Shown here piece by piece: positions 38,657 to 52,599 of a DNA stretch of 64,000 nt. The notes under the pieces are model-generated. The model did no database searches. It was not told the origin of the DNA and was given only the letters and a program-made list of their open reading frames with translations. Both the position numbers and the translations under genes were made by a program. This DNA comes from Lama guanicoe. Lineage: Eukaryota. Every line of letters starts with the position of its first letter. Position 1 is the first letter of the stretch. The DNA lies in NCBI GenBank assembly GCA_013239625.1, contig MU053873.1:758524-822523 (forward strand), in the 5' to 3' direction.

Positions 38657-40324
38657 CAAAAGGAAATTATTTTTAATGTACGTAAACTCCTATAAGAAAC
38701 AAATGCTTAAATTGTTACCTAACAAAGCTGTCAGAGAGCAGGCTGAGACTCCCTGGGATTTTCAGCGGCTACATTTTATTTCTTTCAACAAATACTGACT
38801 GGACACTGGCCATGTGCGGAGGACAGATGCAGCCGTGGACCAGACCGACGTGGGTCCTCCATTTGTGGATTGGTCAACAGCCCTGACTCCTGCTGCCAGG
38901 ACCGGCAGTTGGAGCCCCTGCTGCAGCACTGGCTTCTTCGGACGCAGCAGTCCCTTATGTTCTTCCCTGCAGCTCCCTTAAAAAAGCGCTGTCATCCTTT
39001 TTCAACCTGGCAAAGCAAAAGGAATGTGGAATTGTGCCTTCTTCTTTATACTTTTGTCAGCGAAGCCTTTATTCCTTTATCCTAAGAGGATCCACAAAGG
39101 CTTTAAGGCAGCCCTGAGACAGTATGCATTGGTCTCCCGCTGATGACTGGAACAAAATCTATGGGCGTGTCCGTTGGGGAACAGCCCTAATGCCATCCTG
39201 TCTTAAATACAAGCTTAACCGGAAAAATACAGTTGGGCTGGAGGGGAGCTATGTTGGCTTTGTTTCCAGAGACATTTGAAATGATCCTCGACTCCTCACA
39301 TCTGTCCTACCAGTAACTTTTGTCTCACCCCCATGTAGTGATGAATTGAAAGAAGATGTTAATAGTTTACATGCTTGAGTCTCTTCCATAGAGGCAACAG
39401 AGGGACAAAGTGAGTTTTCTCCATTCAAATGTTTGTAGTGTGGGTTGTGTGGTTTTCTGGACCAACTGAAACCTCAGGTAGGACTGGAAGGTTGCACTTG
39501 AGAGTCTCATGGGTTTTTGGACTGAGTCCTTAGTCCACTTGTCAGGGTTCTGTCCTTCCTCTCAGATGGGGGAAGCAGAATTCCCTCATCAGTAAAGCAC
39601 AGGTGCTGAGCTCAGACCTGAAATGGTCTCTCAGTCCAGCCACTTACAGGCTATGTGACCTTGGGCAAGTTACCTAACATCTCTGGGCCTCGGTTTCCTT
39701 ACCTATAAAATTGGTAAGATTAAATGAGATAATGTGTAAAGCCCCTGGCTTTACTAGGGGTTCAGTACATGGTAGCTTCTTAATCCATGTTACAACAGCT
39801 CCAGAAGCCTCTGCCAGGCACCCAGTGTACGTGGCTCCTGTGTAGTAGCTTTTTATCTCTCATCTGTTGAGTAAGAACGATTGAAATTACATAGTAAATG
39901 GTCAGCAAATTGTTGAATGAATGAGGGGGCCTTGGTACCTTCTTTGCCCTGTTGCCTTAGACAAGCAGTTTACACTGTGAGTTTTACACTAGGAGAAGTC
40001 CTGAAAGGTACTTTGAGAAAACTGGCCAGTTAGATTTGGGGAGTGCTGCAGGGTCTGCAGTGTGCAGATTCTAGCCCTCTCTAGAGATGAGTGATGCTTG
40101 TCACTGCTAGAGAAGCTTAGAAAAGTTGGGGAGAGAAGAAATCTCCCTAGCTTTTTAAACTCAGCGTTTTTCAAGCTCCTTTGACTGTGTAGAAAATGAT
40201 AGTACCTCCGTTATCTCTGTGAGGCTGTGATGAGGCTTTAATGAGTTAACGTGTGCAAAGCACTTAGTGCTAGGCAGAGTGAGCACCACGAAGGGGCTGC
40301 TGCAACCATGGTTCAGTGCTTCTT

Positions 40325-40450
40325 TTTTTGTTTTTCTTTTGCCATCATTTTGTAGTAACTTTATCTATTTATGGTTTTATTATTTATTTATTTATTTATT
40401 AAATTGAAGTATAGTTAGCTACAATGTGTCAATTTCTGGTGTACAGCATA
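40325..40450 (-). mobile_element. Very short L1 3' terminus (same family as 21910) with TSD
   Basis: TACAATGTGTCAATTTCTGGTGTACAGCATA; flanking ATGG(T/C)TCAGTGCTT direct repeats. Confidence 0.72.
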
Positions 40451-40859
40451 ATGGCTCAGTGCTTTTTAATCTGTGGACTCTCCCAAAGTATTGAGCCATT
40501 CCCTTATTGATGGCATTTAAGTTATTTCCAGTGGTGCATCATTGTGGACAGTGCTCTAGGTATAAAACCCTTATATCCTGTGCAGGTATTTCTGTGGGAG
40601 AGATTCCTAGAAATAAAATTGCTGGATCAGAGAATATGTACATTCAAAAATTTAAAAGATTCTTTGGAATTACCCTCCAAAATCCCATCAGCCATTAAAT
40701 TGTAGTTCATTTCTCCAGTAAAGAGAAGAGAAGCTGTCTCCGCTTACCAGGTGCCCGCTGGAGCCCTCTCTCCTCTACTGAAGTGAAAAGGAACGGAACG
40801 CAAGAGTGAGTCACCGTCTCTTTTGTCTTGCAGAGTCTGGCCACAGATAAGGGACCAAG

Positions 40860-40896
40860 ATGACGGACTCAAAATATTTCACCACGACCAAGAAAG
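40860..40896 (+). CDS. AP1B1: AP1B1 exon 2 coding part, MTDSKYFTTTKK(G); exon starts at 40834
   Basis: Acceptor ttttgtcttgcag|, ATG at 40860 in AAGATGA context, donor AAAG|gtactg; 37 coding nt. Confidence 0.95.
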
Positions 40897-43800
40897 GTAC
40901 TGTTTGTTTCATTGTGGAGTCTTATCCTCCTCTTTCCCTGCTTGCCCTTCTGCTTGCTCCCTGCTGGAGTGGGGAGTTGAGGGGTGGGTGGAGCCTGGAA
41001 GCCAGTGATAGGAATCACCCAGAGCATTTTTAACCTTGTGGATGCAGAAAATTGAACTGCTGATGGAGTAAGAAATTGACCACTTCTTCTAGAACTTCAG
41101 AAGGGAGGAATGTTAGCTCAAGTATAGAAAAAAAGCTCTCTTTTGTTCTCCATGGCTTTAAATTGTTAAAAATGATGGTCTCCCCTCGCCAGGAAAGAAA
41201 GTACACATTCTGTCAGCAGTCCCACAATGGTATCTGTGTGTGTCCAGTCCTTGTCCTTGGGCACATGTTTTACTTAGTTGAAGTCAGAGTGTATATCCTG
41301 TTTTTCATTTGACATTATCTTAAATGTTTCCCTCCAGTTCTGAAGACTCAATCTGTTGAGTTGCAGTATTGAAATTTGCTAAGCTAGTCATGTATTGTTG
41401 GGTATTGTGATTTTTTTCCTGCTTTTCGGGAATGGTGTTGTAGAGGCTGACAAATGTGCTTTAATCCTGGAAGCATCTTTCTGACTGGCCCTTCCTTCCT
41501 CCCTGTCTTCCTTCCTCCCTCCTTCCCTCCAAGTGAGATTGACACACGCCTACTGACCAGATGAGGAGAGTGTGTTGCTGAAACAGCTGAACCAGGATCT
41601 GCAGTCCCCTCATCAGGCATTTCATTTATCAGTCCAGCCAGTTTTTCAGAGTATCCTCCATGTGCAGTAGAGGAGACAAACGGAGTCTCTGAGCTGGCTT
41701 TGCTTGCTGTTGAGCAGAGAAGACAGTTTATTAAGTAGTAATCACTCTAACTGGCAGTGGGTGCTATGATAAGGGAGGGGTCCGTGGGAGGCCTGGGTGG
41801 AGCTGGCCTGATAAAGATGGGGAGGGGAGGGGAGGGAAAGGGAGGGGACCGCGTCCTCGGCCCCTGGTCCTCCAGACGGAAAGCCGTTGGGCACAAATTA
41901 CTAAAGAATGTGATCGAAGGAAGGTTGGAGAGAGGTGAAGTTAGCACTGAGTGTATTTGGGTGTCAGTAGTGGGGTTTTGGTGCGTTTTCTGAGGAAGAT
42001 GTCTAGAGAAATGTCTGGGACCAAATCTGACATCAGTGGTTTTAGGCAAGGAAAAGTCAGGCAGATTTTAATCAAGGATCGAAGTGGGTGAGGCTGGGGG
42101 CAGGCAGGGAGGCCAGAACTACAGCTCACATGAGAGATGATGGTACCTGAGCTAGGGAGGAAGGTGGGGGGTGTTGGGGATAGAATTGGATGCCTCATAT
42201 GTGACTGAGGAGATAGGCTTGGTGACTGATTCTATTTGGGGCCCATTATAGGAATGGTACTTCAGAAGCAGGTTCACCCCAGCCTTGGGGCCAAGGTGAC
42301 TCAGGCTTAGATCCATCAGTTGACTGCCAGTTGTCCTGAATCTGGCTAAAGACCTCAAGCAAGGCAGGGGCAGCCTGGCAACAGGGCCCAGGGTCAGTCA
42401 TGTGGTCTATTGGATCCCATAGCAGGAAAACAAGCCCCCTCAGTCTCTTGTAAGAGAAGGACATGTGTTCCTTCAGCTCTGCAGAGCCATGGATTTGAAC
42501 TGCAAGGTCTGCAGATTCCTCCTGGCTCTGTTGAGCAATATCCTCAGTGTGGCCGGGCTGTGCTGCATGATTGTTCTTAATTAACCTGTTTACTGTCTCT
42601 CATCTTAAGTTCTTTGCTGAACATCATGTTGTTCAGTCAAAAAACAAAAAAAAACAAAAAACGACCTGTTTTCTTTTTCTCACTGCAAATCCATCTAGAA
42701 CTTCGCCTAGCACTGCCCCCACATGGTAGTTACTGTCTCACCCTCACCCCAACTAACTTGAGGGGAAAGCCTGGGTCTTTTCTACAAAAGAAGAATCCAA
42801 GCCAAAGGGTCATATGGCAAATTAATAATAACAGCAGCCACCTCTAACGCAGGCCACTGAGCACCAGGCACCGAGCTGAGCGTTTCACATCTGTTACATG
42901 AGAAAATTCAGTGCCCCAGCCAAGGTAGCATCCAGATGAGGAAATAGGTTCAGAGAAGCAGAGTGAATGTCAGTCAGATCAGCCAGAGCATGTGGGCTTT
43001 GGAGCTCATGCACCTGGTGTTGAATCTTGGCTTACCTCCTTGGAGCTGTGTCCCTAGACAAGTTCCCAAACCTTGTAGCCTCCATTTGCTCATCTGCAAA
43101 ATGGGCCGAAGTGTAGAGTTGTTGTGAGGATGAAATAAGAAAAGGCGTGGGAAGATGTCAGTGAGGCACTGGCTTAGAGAAAGGCTCAGGAAAGGCTAGC
43201 TGTGGCTGTTTTGAAGGTGGGAGGCCTGTCTGACTCCAGTCTACACTCTTCGCCTGTTATTGGGCTTATCAGGGTTCTGACTCCTTCTCCCTGGCTGGGC
43301 CCTGAACAGCTCCACTTCCTCATTTACTTTTTCCAGATCATCAAGTTCTTAAGAATAGTTCAGTAAGTGCTAGAGCCCTCATGACACAGCTGAATTCCCA
43401 TTTTCAGAGCTGAGCAACTACTTGTAGCTCAGGAAGTGAAACCCTGAGTGAGCTCTTTTAACTGGAGGGTCTAGGAAAACAGGAAGAGCCTATGTATGGG
43501 AATTGAGCAAATCCTGCCCTTTCCCCTCAAACCTTAAGTCCCCAGGTTCCATCCCATGCTGCCTTGAGAGCCTTGGGTGAGGGTGGCCAAGGAGAACTTT
43601 GCTTCCCTCTGTATGTTTTAGCCGTCCGGCGGAGCAGGAACTGTCTGCATGTTTTTTGTTTCCCTCAGAACCTTGCAGCTTCCATGGTTCCTCTCCCCTC
43701 AATCCAGCGTGACCTCCAAGCTTCCATCCTGATAATTCCTCCCCTAACAGTTGTTCCCCTCTGCTGCCTGTTCCCGCAAGGTGAGGGCCCTAAAGATGCC

Positions 43801-43918
43801 CTCAGCAGGCAGCACGGAATGTCTTCCCTGCCTCCCTCCCATTCTTTTGAAAGTTAGGGACTGAGACTCGCCCCCTGGCAGGGCAGAGATTCATCACTCA
43901 TGCTGCCCCCCTTTTTAG

Positions 43919-44024
43919 GGGAGATCTTCGAGCTGAAGGCAGAGCTGAACAGTGACAAGAAGGAGAAGAAGAAGGAGGCGGTGAAGAAAGTGATCGCATC
44001 AATGACCGTGGGCAAGGACGTCAG
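43919..44024 (+). CDS. AP1B1: AP1B1 exon 3, [35 protein letters not shown](S)
   Basis: ctttttag| and |gtgtgc boundaries; 106 nt; frame continuous with exon 2. Confidence 0.96.
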
Positions 44025-46021
44025 GTGTGCAGGAGGCTGGGTGGCAGCTGGAAGCGGCTTTATAGCTTGGGTCCAGGTCAGAATTCTCCTTTAAGGTATC
44101 CCTAGGGACCCGTGTCTCCCCTTGTATGGCTCCCTTCACAAACCTGCCTTCCAAACGGAAGGTTTTGTTTGCAGAGGGGTCACGCGCTCAGATGCTGAAG
44201 GGGTCAGGCAGTAATGGAGCAAGTGAAGTGGACTGGGTCAAAAAGGCAACAGGCAGTGAAGGAGATGCAGCATGAATGGATCAGAAACTGCGGAGGGTGC
44301 TGCCCACAGGGGAGAATGACCCAGTGGCGCCAGGCCTTTTGGTTTTTAAAAAGAACAGGGAATCTGGATTTTTTTCATTTTAATCCTCCCTGTTTTAGAT
44401 TGTCAGATGATACTAAACAAACACTGTGCAGGTAAAACACACCTGCAGGCTGGGCGTGTTGAATTTGTCATCAGCTTGCAGTCTCTGGTTTGCATCTGTT
44501 GCAGAGCGGATCACGTGCAGAATTGTGGCCACTGGTTTTTGCTCATGCATCTCCCCGGCCTGGAATATCCCTTCCCGTTTTCCACATGCCCGGTTGCCTC
44601 CCCCATCACTCCAGCACACTGCCCTGAACACGCAGCATTTACACTTATTCTAAATGGTCCTCTTCTTATGTGTACTTATGCTCACCTGCCCACCACACTA
44701 TCAAGTCCCCAAGGGCAGGGCTGGATTTTGTAACAACTTAACACTCGCACAGTGTTTGAGAGTTGGTAGAACGCTTTTAGCTATGTTTTCCTGGCAGTTC
44801 CTTATCATTCCCATACTGTAGGTAAGGATGTTTTTCCTGCCAAAGAAACCAGAAATGATGACTGCCCAGTGGTCACATGGTTCTTGGCAGAACCCGGACT
44901 CTATTCAGCCCTTCCGAAACCCAGACCCAGGGTGCTTCTTCACGTGCCCTCTCGTCTGTGCCCAGTCATGTGCCTTGTAGGCCTGGGTGCTGATGTGGGG
45001 CCGCTCCCCTTCCGGGTCCCTTGGCAGGACTCCACTGCTCCAGACCTCTCCATGGACTGCCATAACCCATTGTCATGCTCAGCAAGGGACATTCTGACAG
45101 CACCACAGGAGAAACAGTTCTGCAGAGAAACGTGCTGAGAACAGAGCGGCAATTGAGAGGGAAGGTGATAATTCCAGAGACGGAAATTTGATCACTAACC
45201 ATATATCACATCTCGAGGGGCCTGTGACTCTGGGACTGTGGGGTACCATGTTGGTTCTACCCAGGATAACAGCTGTCCTGAGCACAGGCTTTGGACTCAG
45301 ACGTGGCACTTAGGCAGGTTATTTGATGTTTGTGATCCTCAGCATTGTCTTCTGTGAATGGGGGATAATCCCCTGGCTTTTCAGGGCTGTTAAATGAGAA
45401 CAAGTATGTAAAGCTGTTAGCACCAAGCCTGGTGTATAGCAGGTGCTCCGTACATGCTGGCTGCTTCTCAGCGGACACCTTGTACTGAAAGCAACATAGC
45501 CCCTCCCTGCTTCCCGACAACCTTCTGGAACCAGCACCCCAATATAAGTGGCCAGGTCAAGTATCAGAGAAGGAAAAACAATCGTTTTCATTTATATAGC
45601 ACCTCCTAGACGTCAAGGAGTGGATGCCTGAAGTATGTTGTCTCTTTTAATTGCCACAGGGCCCTGTGAGATGGGGCTTTGTTACGTCTTCCCTGCAAAT
45701 GAGGAAACTGGAACTCTATGGATAAAGGAGTTTTCCCAATTTCATACAGCCCGCAGGAGGCAGAGCTGGCTTTGAGCCAGCTCTGATGGGCTCTAGAGCT
45801 CATGTTTGAACCCTGTGAAAAAAACAGAAGACTCTTCTGGCTGTTACAATCACCCTTTGGAATTCCATTTCTGCCAGTAGATGTTCATGGTCACAGAGCT
45901 GTCGCCCTGCCTTTTACTAGGAGGTCCTGTAACCTTTCTTCTTCCCTCTTGCCCCCTCCCCACCTCTTAGTCCTCCTCTTTTCTTTGGCCTTCCCCGCAC
46001 TGACACACTTTGACCTTCCAG

Positions 46022-46157
46022 TGCCCTCTTCCCTGACGTGGTGAACTGTATGCAGACAGACAACCTGGAACTGAAGAAACTGGTGTACCTGTACCTGATG
46101 AACTATGCCAAGAGTCAGCCCGACATGGCCATCATGGCTGTCAACACCTTTGTGAAG
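46022..46157 (+). CDS. AP1B1: AP1B1 exon 4, [46 protein letters not shown]
   Basis: ccttccag| and |gtgagt; 136 nt. Confidence 0.96.
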
Positions 46158-46907
46158 GTGAGTAGGACCTTGGTGGGAGGAGGAGTGTGGGTGCCCACTG
46201 CTCCATCTCCCCTTGGTCCCCCAGGGTGGGGCACTGTGGCCCTGAGTAGAAACACAGAGGCTCCTTTCCAGGTCCTCTGACTCCCAGCTTGGGGGCCTCT
46301 TCCTCCAGCAGAGGGCTCCCACTCTCTCCAGAAAATCAGATGCTATAGACTCTGCTAACTCATTCCATGTGAGGTCGCCCCAGGCCTGTTGATCCCCTGT
46401 GCCCTGGGGTGAGCCATTGCTCTGCGTCCTTGGCCAGTGCAGGATGCAGCTGGCATCTGAGAGCTGCGTTTCCCTTCTAGACTAAGCTCCTTTTTGCATT
46501 TTCTTTCCTCCAGATTGAGGAGAGGCAGGGACTTGCATTGACAGCTCTGTGCACCTTTAGAACCTTAGCTCCCCAAGCCCCATTAATGCTCAGACATGAG
46601 GGTTCTGTGGTCCAGTGGAGAGACTGAGGAGTGTGGTGCTGGGTGGAGTGGCTTGAATTGTGGCTCTGCTGTGACTAGGTGAGCTCCTGACCTTCCTGAG
46701 AGCCTCAGCTCCCTCACCTGTAAATGGGAACGGTGCTGTGTGTCTACTGTGAGGATCAGAGGGAACAGGGCGAAGCCCCAGCACAGTGTCTGGCATATGT
46801 GGCACTTAGTTGTGGTGCTGTTGGCCACTGTTGGTGGGAGATCCCACAGCGGCTGTCTGATGTTGCTCAGCCCGCCCCCGCCCTGGCCAATGGCTGGTTC
46901 CCCTCAG

Positions 46908-47153
46908 GACTGTGAGGACCCCAACCCCCTGATCCGGGCCCTGGCTGTGCGGACCATGGGCTGCATCCGCGTTGACAAGATCACGGAGTACCTGTGCGAG
47001 CCACTCCGGAAGTGCCTGAAGGACGAGGACCCATATGTGCGCAAGACGGCGGCTGTGTGCGTGGCCAAGCTCCATGACATCAACGCCCAGCTGGTGGAGG
47101 ACCAGGGCTTCCTGGACACCCTTAAAGACCTCATCTCTGACTCGAACCCCATG
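46908..47153 (+). CDS. AP1B1: AP1B1 exon 5, [24 protein letters not shown]...ISDSNPM
   Basis: ccctcag| and |gtaagc; 246 nt. Confidence 0.96.
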
Positions 47154-48348
47154 GTAAGCCGCTGCCACCCACCATGCCACCTCCACCACCTCCAGGGTTG
47201 CTTGGGAAGACCTTGGCTTGACCCTCACCAGGCAGCCCGAGTTCCTGGAAGTCAGAGCCCTGCTGGGCGGCTAACTGTTCTTGTGGGTGCAGTGGTTTGG
47301 CGCCATCTTTGGTGTAAGTTGGACCTGGATTCCCTTCTCTGCGTAGCCCTCTCTAATGGGCTTTGTGACCCTGGACAAGGTGCCTAGCCTTCCAGAGCCT
47401 TCTTTTCTTCATTAGTAAAATGGAACTAATTCTACACGGCTGCCAGGAATGCTGTGAGGTTTAAGCGGTGAAGGTAATGTGCCTGGCACACAGTCCGTGT
47501 GCACCCAAGACTAGTGCCCTCCTTCCCCTTCCTGTCACTGTCGTTGTCACCATCCTCTCCTCAAGACCATCAGTGAGTTCTGAATGTGAAGTGCTTCACC
47601 CTTCCCCCACTTCTTTGCAGGTTGTGGAGGGTCATGCCTGAAGTAGTGTAGCCTGGAGGACAGCACCAGGATGCGCTGGGAGGGGGACTGGTCTTCTCAG
47701 GGCTGGTGATGGCAGCAGTTTGGAGGGCAGTTCAGTAGGGCCGTGCTTAAGATGAAATGTACAACTGCCCAGCCATCCCTTTCTGTGTCCTGCTGAAACA
47801 CTGATCACATGGGGCTGCCAAGTGACCAGTATAGGGATGGCCATTGGTGCACTGCTTGGTTAGGGGAAGGTTGAAAACCATGCAGAACACATATAAATAC
47901 AGCTGCTCTGGTGGAAATGGGTTGCAGGCCCAGTTTCACCTGGCTATCCCTGTGTGCTCCAGCCCCTATCTGTCCCCAGCAGCCCCAAGGGGCTCTGCAG
48001 AAATCTTCTAGCTCTGAGAAGCACAGCTGTCAACCCCCAAAGTGAGCTGCTGAAGCAGGTGGACCAGGACTCTGTGTTAGGTAGCAGGGAGTGCTTTCTG
48101 TTGCCAGGAACTTGGAGCTAGATCTTTCTGGTTTTGTGTTTTTCTTTAATGGTGGGTGCACTTTAGTTTCAGCTTATACAGGAGTCAGCAGAGTGAGTGT
48201 TGGAGTGGGTCTCTGCTCCAGACCCTGCCCATCTGGTCACATTCCTGTCAGGATATTTGAGCTCTGGCTGGCCAGCATCATTAGCCCCACTGCCACCCAG
48301 GCCTGTGAGCAGTGCCCCAGCCTCTGCCCCTTCCACCCTCTCAACCAG

Positions 48349-48539
48349 GTGGTGGCAAATGCAGTGGCTGCCCTCTCAGAGATCGCCGAGTCTCACCCCA
48401 GCAGCAACCTGCTCGACCTGAACCCACAGTCCATTAACAAGCTGCTGACAGCCCTGAACGAGTGCACTGAGTGGGGCCAGATCTTCATCCTGGACTGCCT
48501 GGCCAACTACACGCCCAAGGATGACCGTGAGGCCCAGAG
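48349..48539 (+). CDS. AP1B1: AP1B1 exon 6, [17 protein letters not shown]...PKDDREAQ(S)
   Basis: caaccag| and |gtgaga; 191 nt. Confidence 0.96.
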
Positions 48540-49325
48540 GTGAGAGGCTCCCTCTGGCTTGGCCCTTGGGGTTGAGGGGAAAGGCAGGGAGCTGGGCCCT
48601 AGGCTCCTAGTGGGCTGCTTTCCAGGGCCTTGCCTCACAGGCCATCCTCAGACAGAGCCAGGCTGACAGTGGTGTTCCTTTGGGCAGTCAGCTCCCTGCT
48701 TGCCGAGGGCACAGAACAGAAGCCAGGGCCTGACCTGGGAGCTGACAGAGACCTCGGTCACCTCGGGCTGAGTAAGGAGGCGGACAGCGTAAGAGCCACC
48801 ATTGGCTGAATTCTCACTGGGTGCCTGGGGCTCTGTTGGGTGCTTCCTACGTATCAGATAATCTTTAAAGCAACTCTGTGAAGGCAGCCCCATCATCCCC
48901 ACTTTACAGATAAGGAAACTCAGGGAGGTGGAGGAAATCACATAGGCTACCCAGCTGGGTCTCCTCTGACTCTTGATACTAACCAACATGCTATCCTGCC
49001 CCTTTTGAATGCCTTTACAGCAGGAGAAGGGAGGGTGTTGGCGTTTATCCAGTATTTACTGATGGCCAGGCACCTTGCTCAGTACTGTACTTGTGTTGTC
49101 TCATTTAAGCCCCCAGCAACCCTGTGAAGTTGGCATCATCATCTCCATTTTTTAGATGAGGAAACTGAGGCCCAGAGTGGTTTTTAACCTGTTTGGGGAC
49201 AGTTAGCAGGAAACAGAACCAGGATCCAGATCATCCTCCTGCAGAAGACATGCTATCTTCATAACTAAAAACAGTGTTTCCCCTTGTCTGTCTCTCCTGT
49301 TTGCCCCCCTTGGAATGGACCACAG

Positions 49326-49547
49326 CATCTGTGAGCGGGTCACCCCCAGGCTCTCCCACGCCAACTCTGCTGTGGTGCTGTCCGCTGTGAAGGTGCTGAT
49401 GAAGTTCATGGAGATGTTGTCCAAGGACCTGGACTACTATGGCACGCTGCTAAAGAAGCTTGCCCCGCCCCTGGTCACGCTGCTGTCGGCCGAGCCTGAG
49501 CTGCAGTACGTGGCCCTGCGAAACATCAACCTCATCGTGCAGAAAAG
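49326..49547 (+). CDS. AP1B1: AP1B1 exon 7, [23 protein letters not shown]...NINLIVQK(R)
   Basis: ccacag| and |gtacgg; 222 nt. Confidence 0.96.
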
Positions 49548-49661
49548 GTACGGGGACTGCCACATATGGGTGGTGTGCACCCAGGGGGTCTCCTGCCAGG
49601 AACAGGGGCTCTGAAGGGAATCCAGCCTGTCACCATGCAGGACATCTCCACAGCTTAACCC

Positions 49662-49871
49662 ACAGTTTCTTCGCCATGGGCATCTTTGTCCTGCAGGGGA
49701 CATTTGGCAATGTCTAGAGACATTTTTGGTTGTCGCTGTGGGGGATGCTACTGGCATCTAGTGAGTGGAAGGCAGGGATGCTGCTCAACGTCCTACAAGG
49801 CACAGGACAGTTCTGCCCCCACAGAACCATCCATCCCCAAATGTCAGTAGTGCTGAGGCTGAGAAACCTTG
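49662..49871. mobile_element. MER20-like hAT DNA transposon fossil
   Basis: GGGGACATTTGGCAATGTCTAGAGACATTTTTGGTTGTC...GCTACTGGCATCTAGTG...GCTGAGAAACC. Confidence 0.8.
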
Positions 49872-51153
49872 ACTTAGCCTTACCAGGTAGCAGGCTGGGT
49901 AAAGGCTAGCATGGTGCTTCTTAACCACGGACAGTGGGTGGCTCCACAGTCCACAGATTCCTCCTGAAATGGGCTATAAGACTGTGTGTGTTTTTCCTGG
50001 GAAAAGAGTTTGTAGCTCAAGTCAAATTTCCTGAGGCTGGAGGACTCCGAGGTGAGGCCCCATGGACTTTATATCAGCCTTGGGGCCATTCAGAATGCTG
50101 TGCAGCCTGTTTCTGTCCACCTGTAGGGAATGACCCCAGCAGAACCCCACTGCTCCTAAGGGAAGGACCTAATACCCAGCATGGATGGGGCTAAAAAGTA
50201 AGGGGTGCAGAGCAGAAGAGGTTCTCAGGAACGATCCCGTGAGGGGCCCGGCAGCTCCCTGGAGTGGGGCCAGCCTCCAGCCTCTTTGGTCAGATGGCTC
50301 ACTCAGTGACTGACTCACCAGCTGACCCAGGGCCCTTCACAGACCGTTCTCTCTTGGAAGATGGCGCCTGCTCCCTGTCCCTGTAACATCAGCCTGGTTC
50401 TTGGCACACACGTCGGGGCCCAGAAACATCAGTGGAATTGGGACATTTGTGAAGGTTCGGGTGTACATTTTGAAAAGCTTTCCGAGTGCCTAGGCGAAGG
50501 GATGAGACCAGGGGTCCCAGCTGCAGCTTGGGGTTAGTAAGGTGCAGTGACCTGTGGGTCTGCCCAGCAGGAAGGGCTCCCTGTGCCGTATTCAACATGG
50601 CAAACCTCCTGAGACGTTGTGCGTGTTGCTGAGGCGCCACCAGGCCCAGGCCCAACATGTGCTTGGGCAGCTGTGATGAGTCCTGATCGCAGAAACCACA
50701 TCCTCCTGCTTCCCTGCTCAGGATCCTGCTCCACACCGGGCACGACAGAGGCTCCTGGCTGGGCCGGGACCTCCAGCAGCTTGCTCAGCAGCGCTGGGTA
50801 CCACCCTGGGCGGAGTCCCTCCTTTCTCTCTGCTGCATCTTCTCCCCTTCACCATCTGTCCTCATTCTTCTTGTTCCTCCTTTCTGTCCTGGAAAGGGCA
50901 TGGGAGTAGGAGTCAGGTGGGGGCAGTAACTCTCATCTTGCTTCCACCCACCCTCGTTAGCAGTAGATGTGTGACCGAGCGCCAGCCCCTCCCCGCTCAG
51001 GTTCCTCAGCTATGGAAAATGAGGTGGGTAGTGCCTGGAGCAGCAGTGGCGCTGAGACAGCTCCTGCCTGGCAAGTGCCTTCTCTGAGGCAGGCATGAAT
51101 GGTGCTAGATGCTTCCTGTCCACCTCTCACAGCGGCCCTGTTGTGTAGGTGTC

Positions 51154-51665
51154 TGTTGGGGTTCCCAGGACCCCCACGTTCAGAGATTCACTGGAAGGAC
51201 TCACGGGAGTCGGCACATCATTCTCACAGCCGTGATTTATTGACCTAGTGGGGCTGCCTAGCTGGGTCATGAGGGAGACAGATAGGTGGAGTCTGGAGGA
51301 ATCCTCGTGTGGACTTCCTTGTGTTCCCTCCCTCCCCTGGTGGGGCACACAGAGCACACCCCTCCCCAGCAACAAAATGCAGCAACATGTGCATAGTGTT
51401 TCTGCCCAGAGATGCCTGTTCGAGACTTAGCACCCTGGGTTTTTACCGGGGGCAAGTCATATAAGCACCCTCCGCCTGGCACCCACCAAAATCCCAGGCT
51501 CCTGGAAGGAAAGAAGGTGTTCAGCATAAATCATGTTGTGTATACAAATGGTCAAGGCATGTATAACCACCTTTGTCATTTAGGGAATGGTGAGAGAGCT
51601 CCTGGAAGCTGAATGTCCAGACACCAGGCCTTTCTAAGACCAGAGACCCAGGCCTGCAGTGGTTA
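51154..51665. mobile_element. MER21-like LTR fossil
   Basis: Begins TGTTGGGGTTCCCAGGACCCCC...GATTCACTGGAAGGACTCAC, resembling the recalled MER21 consensus. Confidence 0.6.
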
Positions 51666-52030
51666 TGCTTCCAAAACAGAACACTTCCCATTTTGCGAGT
51701 GAGAAACAGGCCTGGGGTCACAAGCTAGGACTGAAACTGAGACCTGATCCCCAAGCCCGTCACCTGGTGCCTGCAGCCTCTTGAACATGAACTGTCTGTT
51801 GCTCATGTTTCCTCTTCCCTTCCTGGGATGTGGTTGGACACGCAGGGGCCAGTCAGAACCTTGGTCAGCAGGTCCTCTGCCCAGGAGCGTGCGGCCATAG
51901 GGGTGACCACCTTCACAGGTGTCAGGCTCCATGTCAGACCCCAGAAATGTGCCAGCGGACGTGGAGGGGGTTTTCTCACAGGGTTTATGACTTGCTCTTT
52001 GCTCTTCGGGCACTCGTGCCCCACTACCAG

Positions 52031-52151
52031 GCCTGAGATCCTGAAGCACGAGATGAAGGTGTTCTTTGTGAAGTATAACGACCCCATCTACGTGAAGCTG
52101 GAGAAGCTGGACATCATGATCCGCCTAGCCTCCCAGGCCAACATCGCCCAG
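52031..52151 (+). CDS. AP1B1: AP1B1 exon 8, [41 protein letters not shown]
   Basis: ctaccag| and |gtcggc; 121 nt. Confidence 0.96.
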
Positions 52152-52503
52152 GTCGGCAGGGGGTGGCGGCCAGGGGCCCAGCACTCAGCAAACAGTAACT
52201 GATGTTTCTGTGATTAAGGAGTTTGTTCTCTGTTGTTACTGTCATCCACCCATTGGAAAGTGGTGGTGAGGTGGATGTGTTAGCTAGATCAGCTGGAACA
52301 AGGGCTGTCTAGCCTGGCCAACTAGTCCTTCCTGCTTTCTTCTGGGAGCACCTGTCAGCTGTCTCCCTCCCTTGGGACGTCCACCTCGAACAAGAGGCAA
52401 AACCCCATCCTTCTAGGAGTCTGTGCATACCCACAGCCCAGGGGTGTTCAGGAGGTTGCCCAGCGAGATCCTCCTAGCTCCATCTTCTTTGTTTGGGCTA
52501 CAG

Positions 52504-52599
52504 GTGCTGGCGGAGCTGAAAGAGTATGCAACAGAGGTGGATGTGGACTTTGTACGGAAAGCTGTGCGAGCCATTGGCCGTTGCGCCATCAAGGTGGAG
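52504..52599 (+). CDS. AP1B1: AP1B1 exon 9, [32 protein letters not shown]
   Basis: ctacag| and |gtgagg; 96 nt. Confidence 0.96.

Noticed and set aside
40752..40805. Possible extra exon just upstream of exon 2 (CCAG|...|GTGAGT)
   Set aside because: It would leave only about 28 nt of intron before the exon 2 acceptor, too short to splice to it; no other support.
46740..47387. 215-aa ORF containing beta-adaptin sequence
   Set aside because: This is AP1B1 exon 5 with in-frame intronic flanks, not a separate gene.
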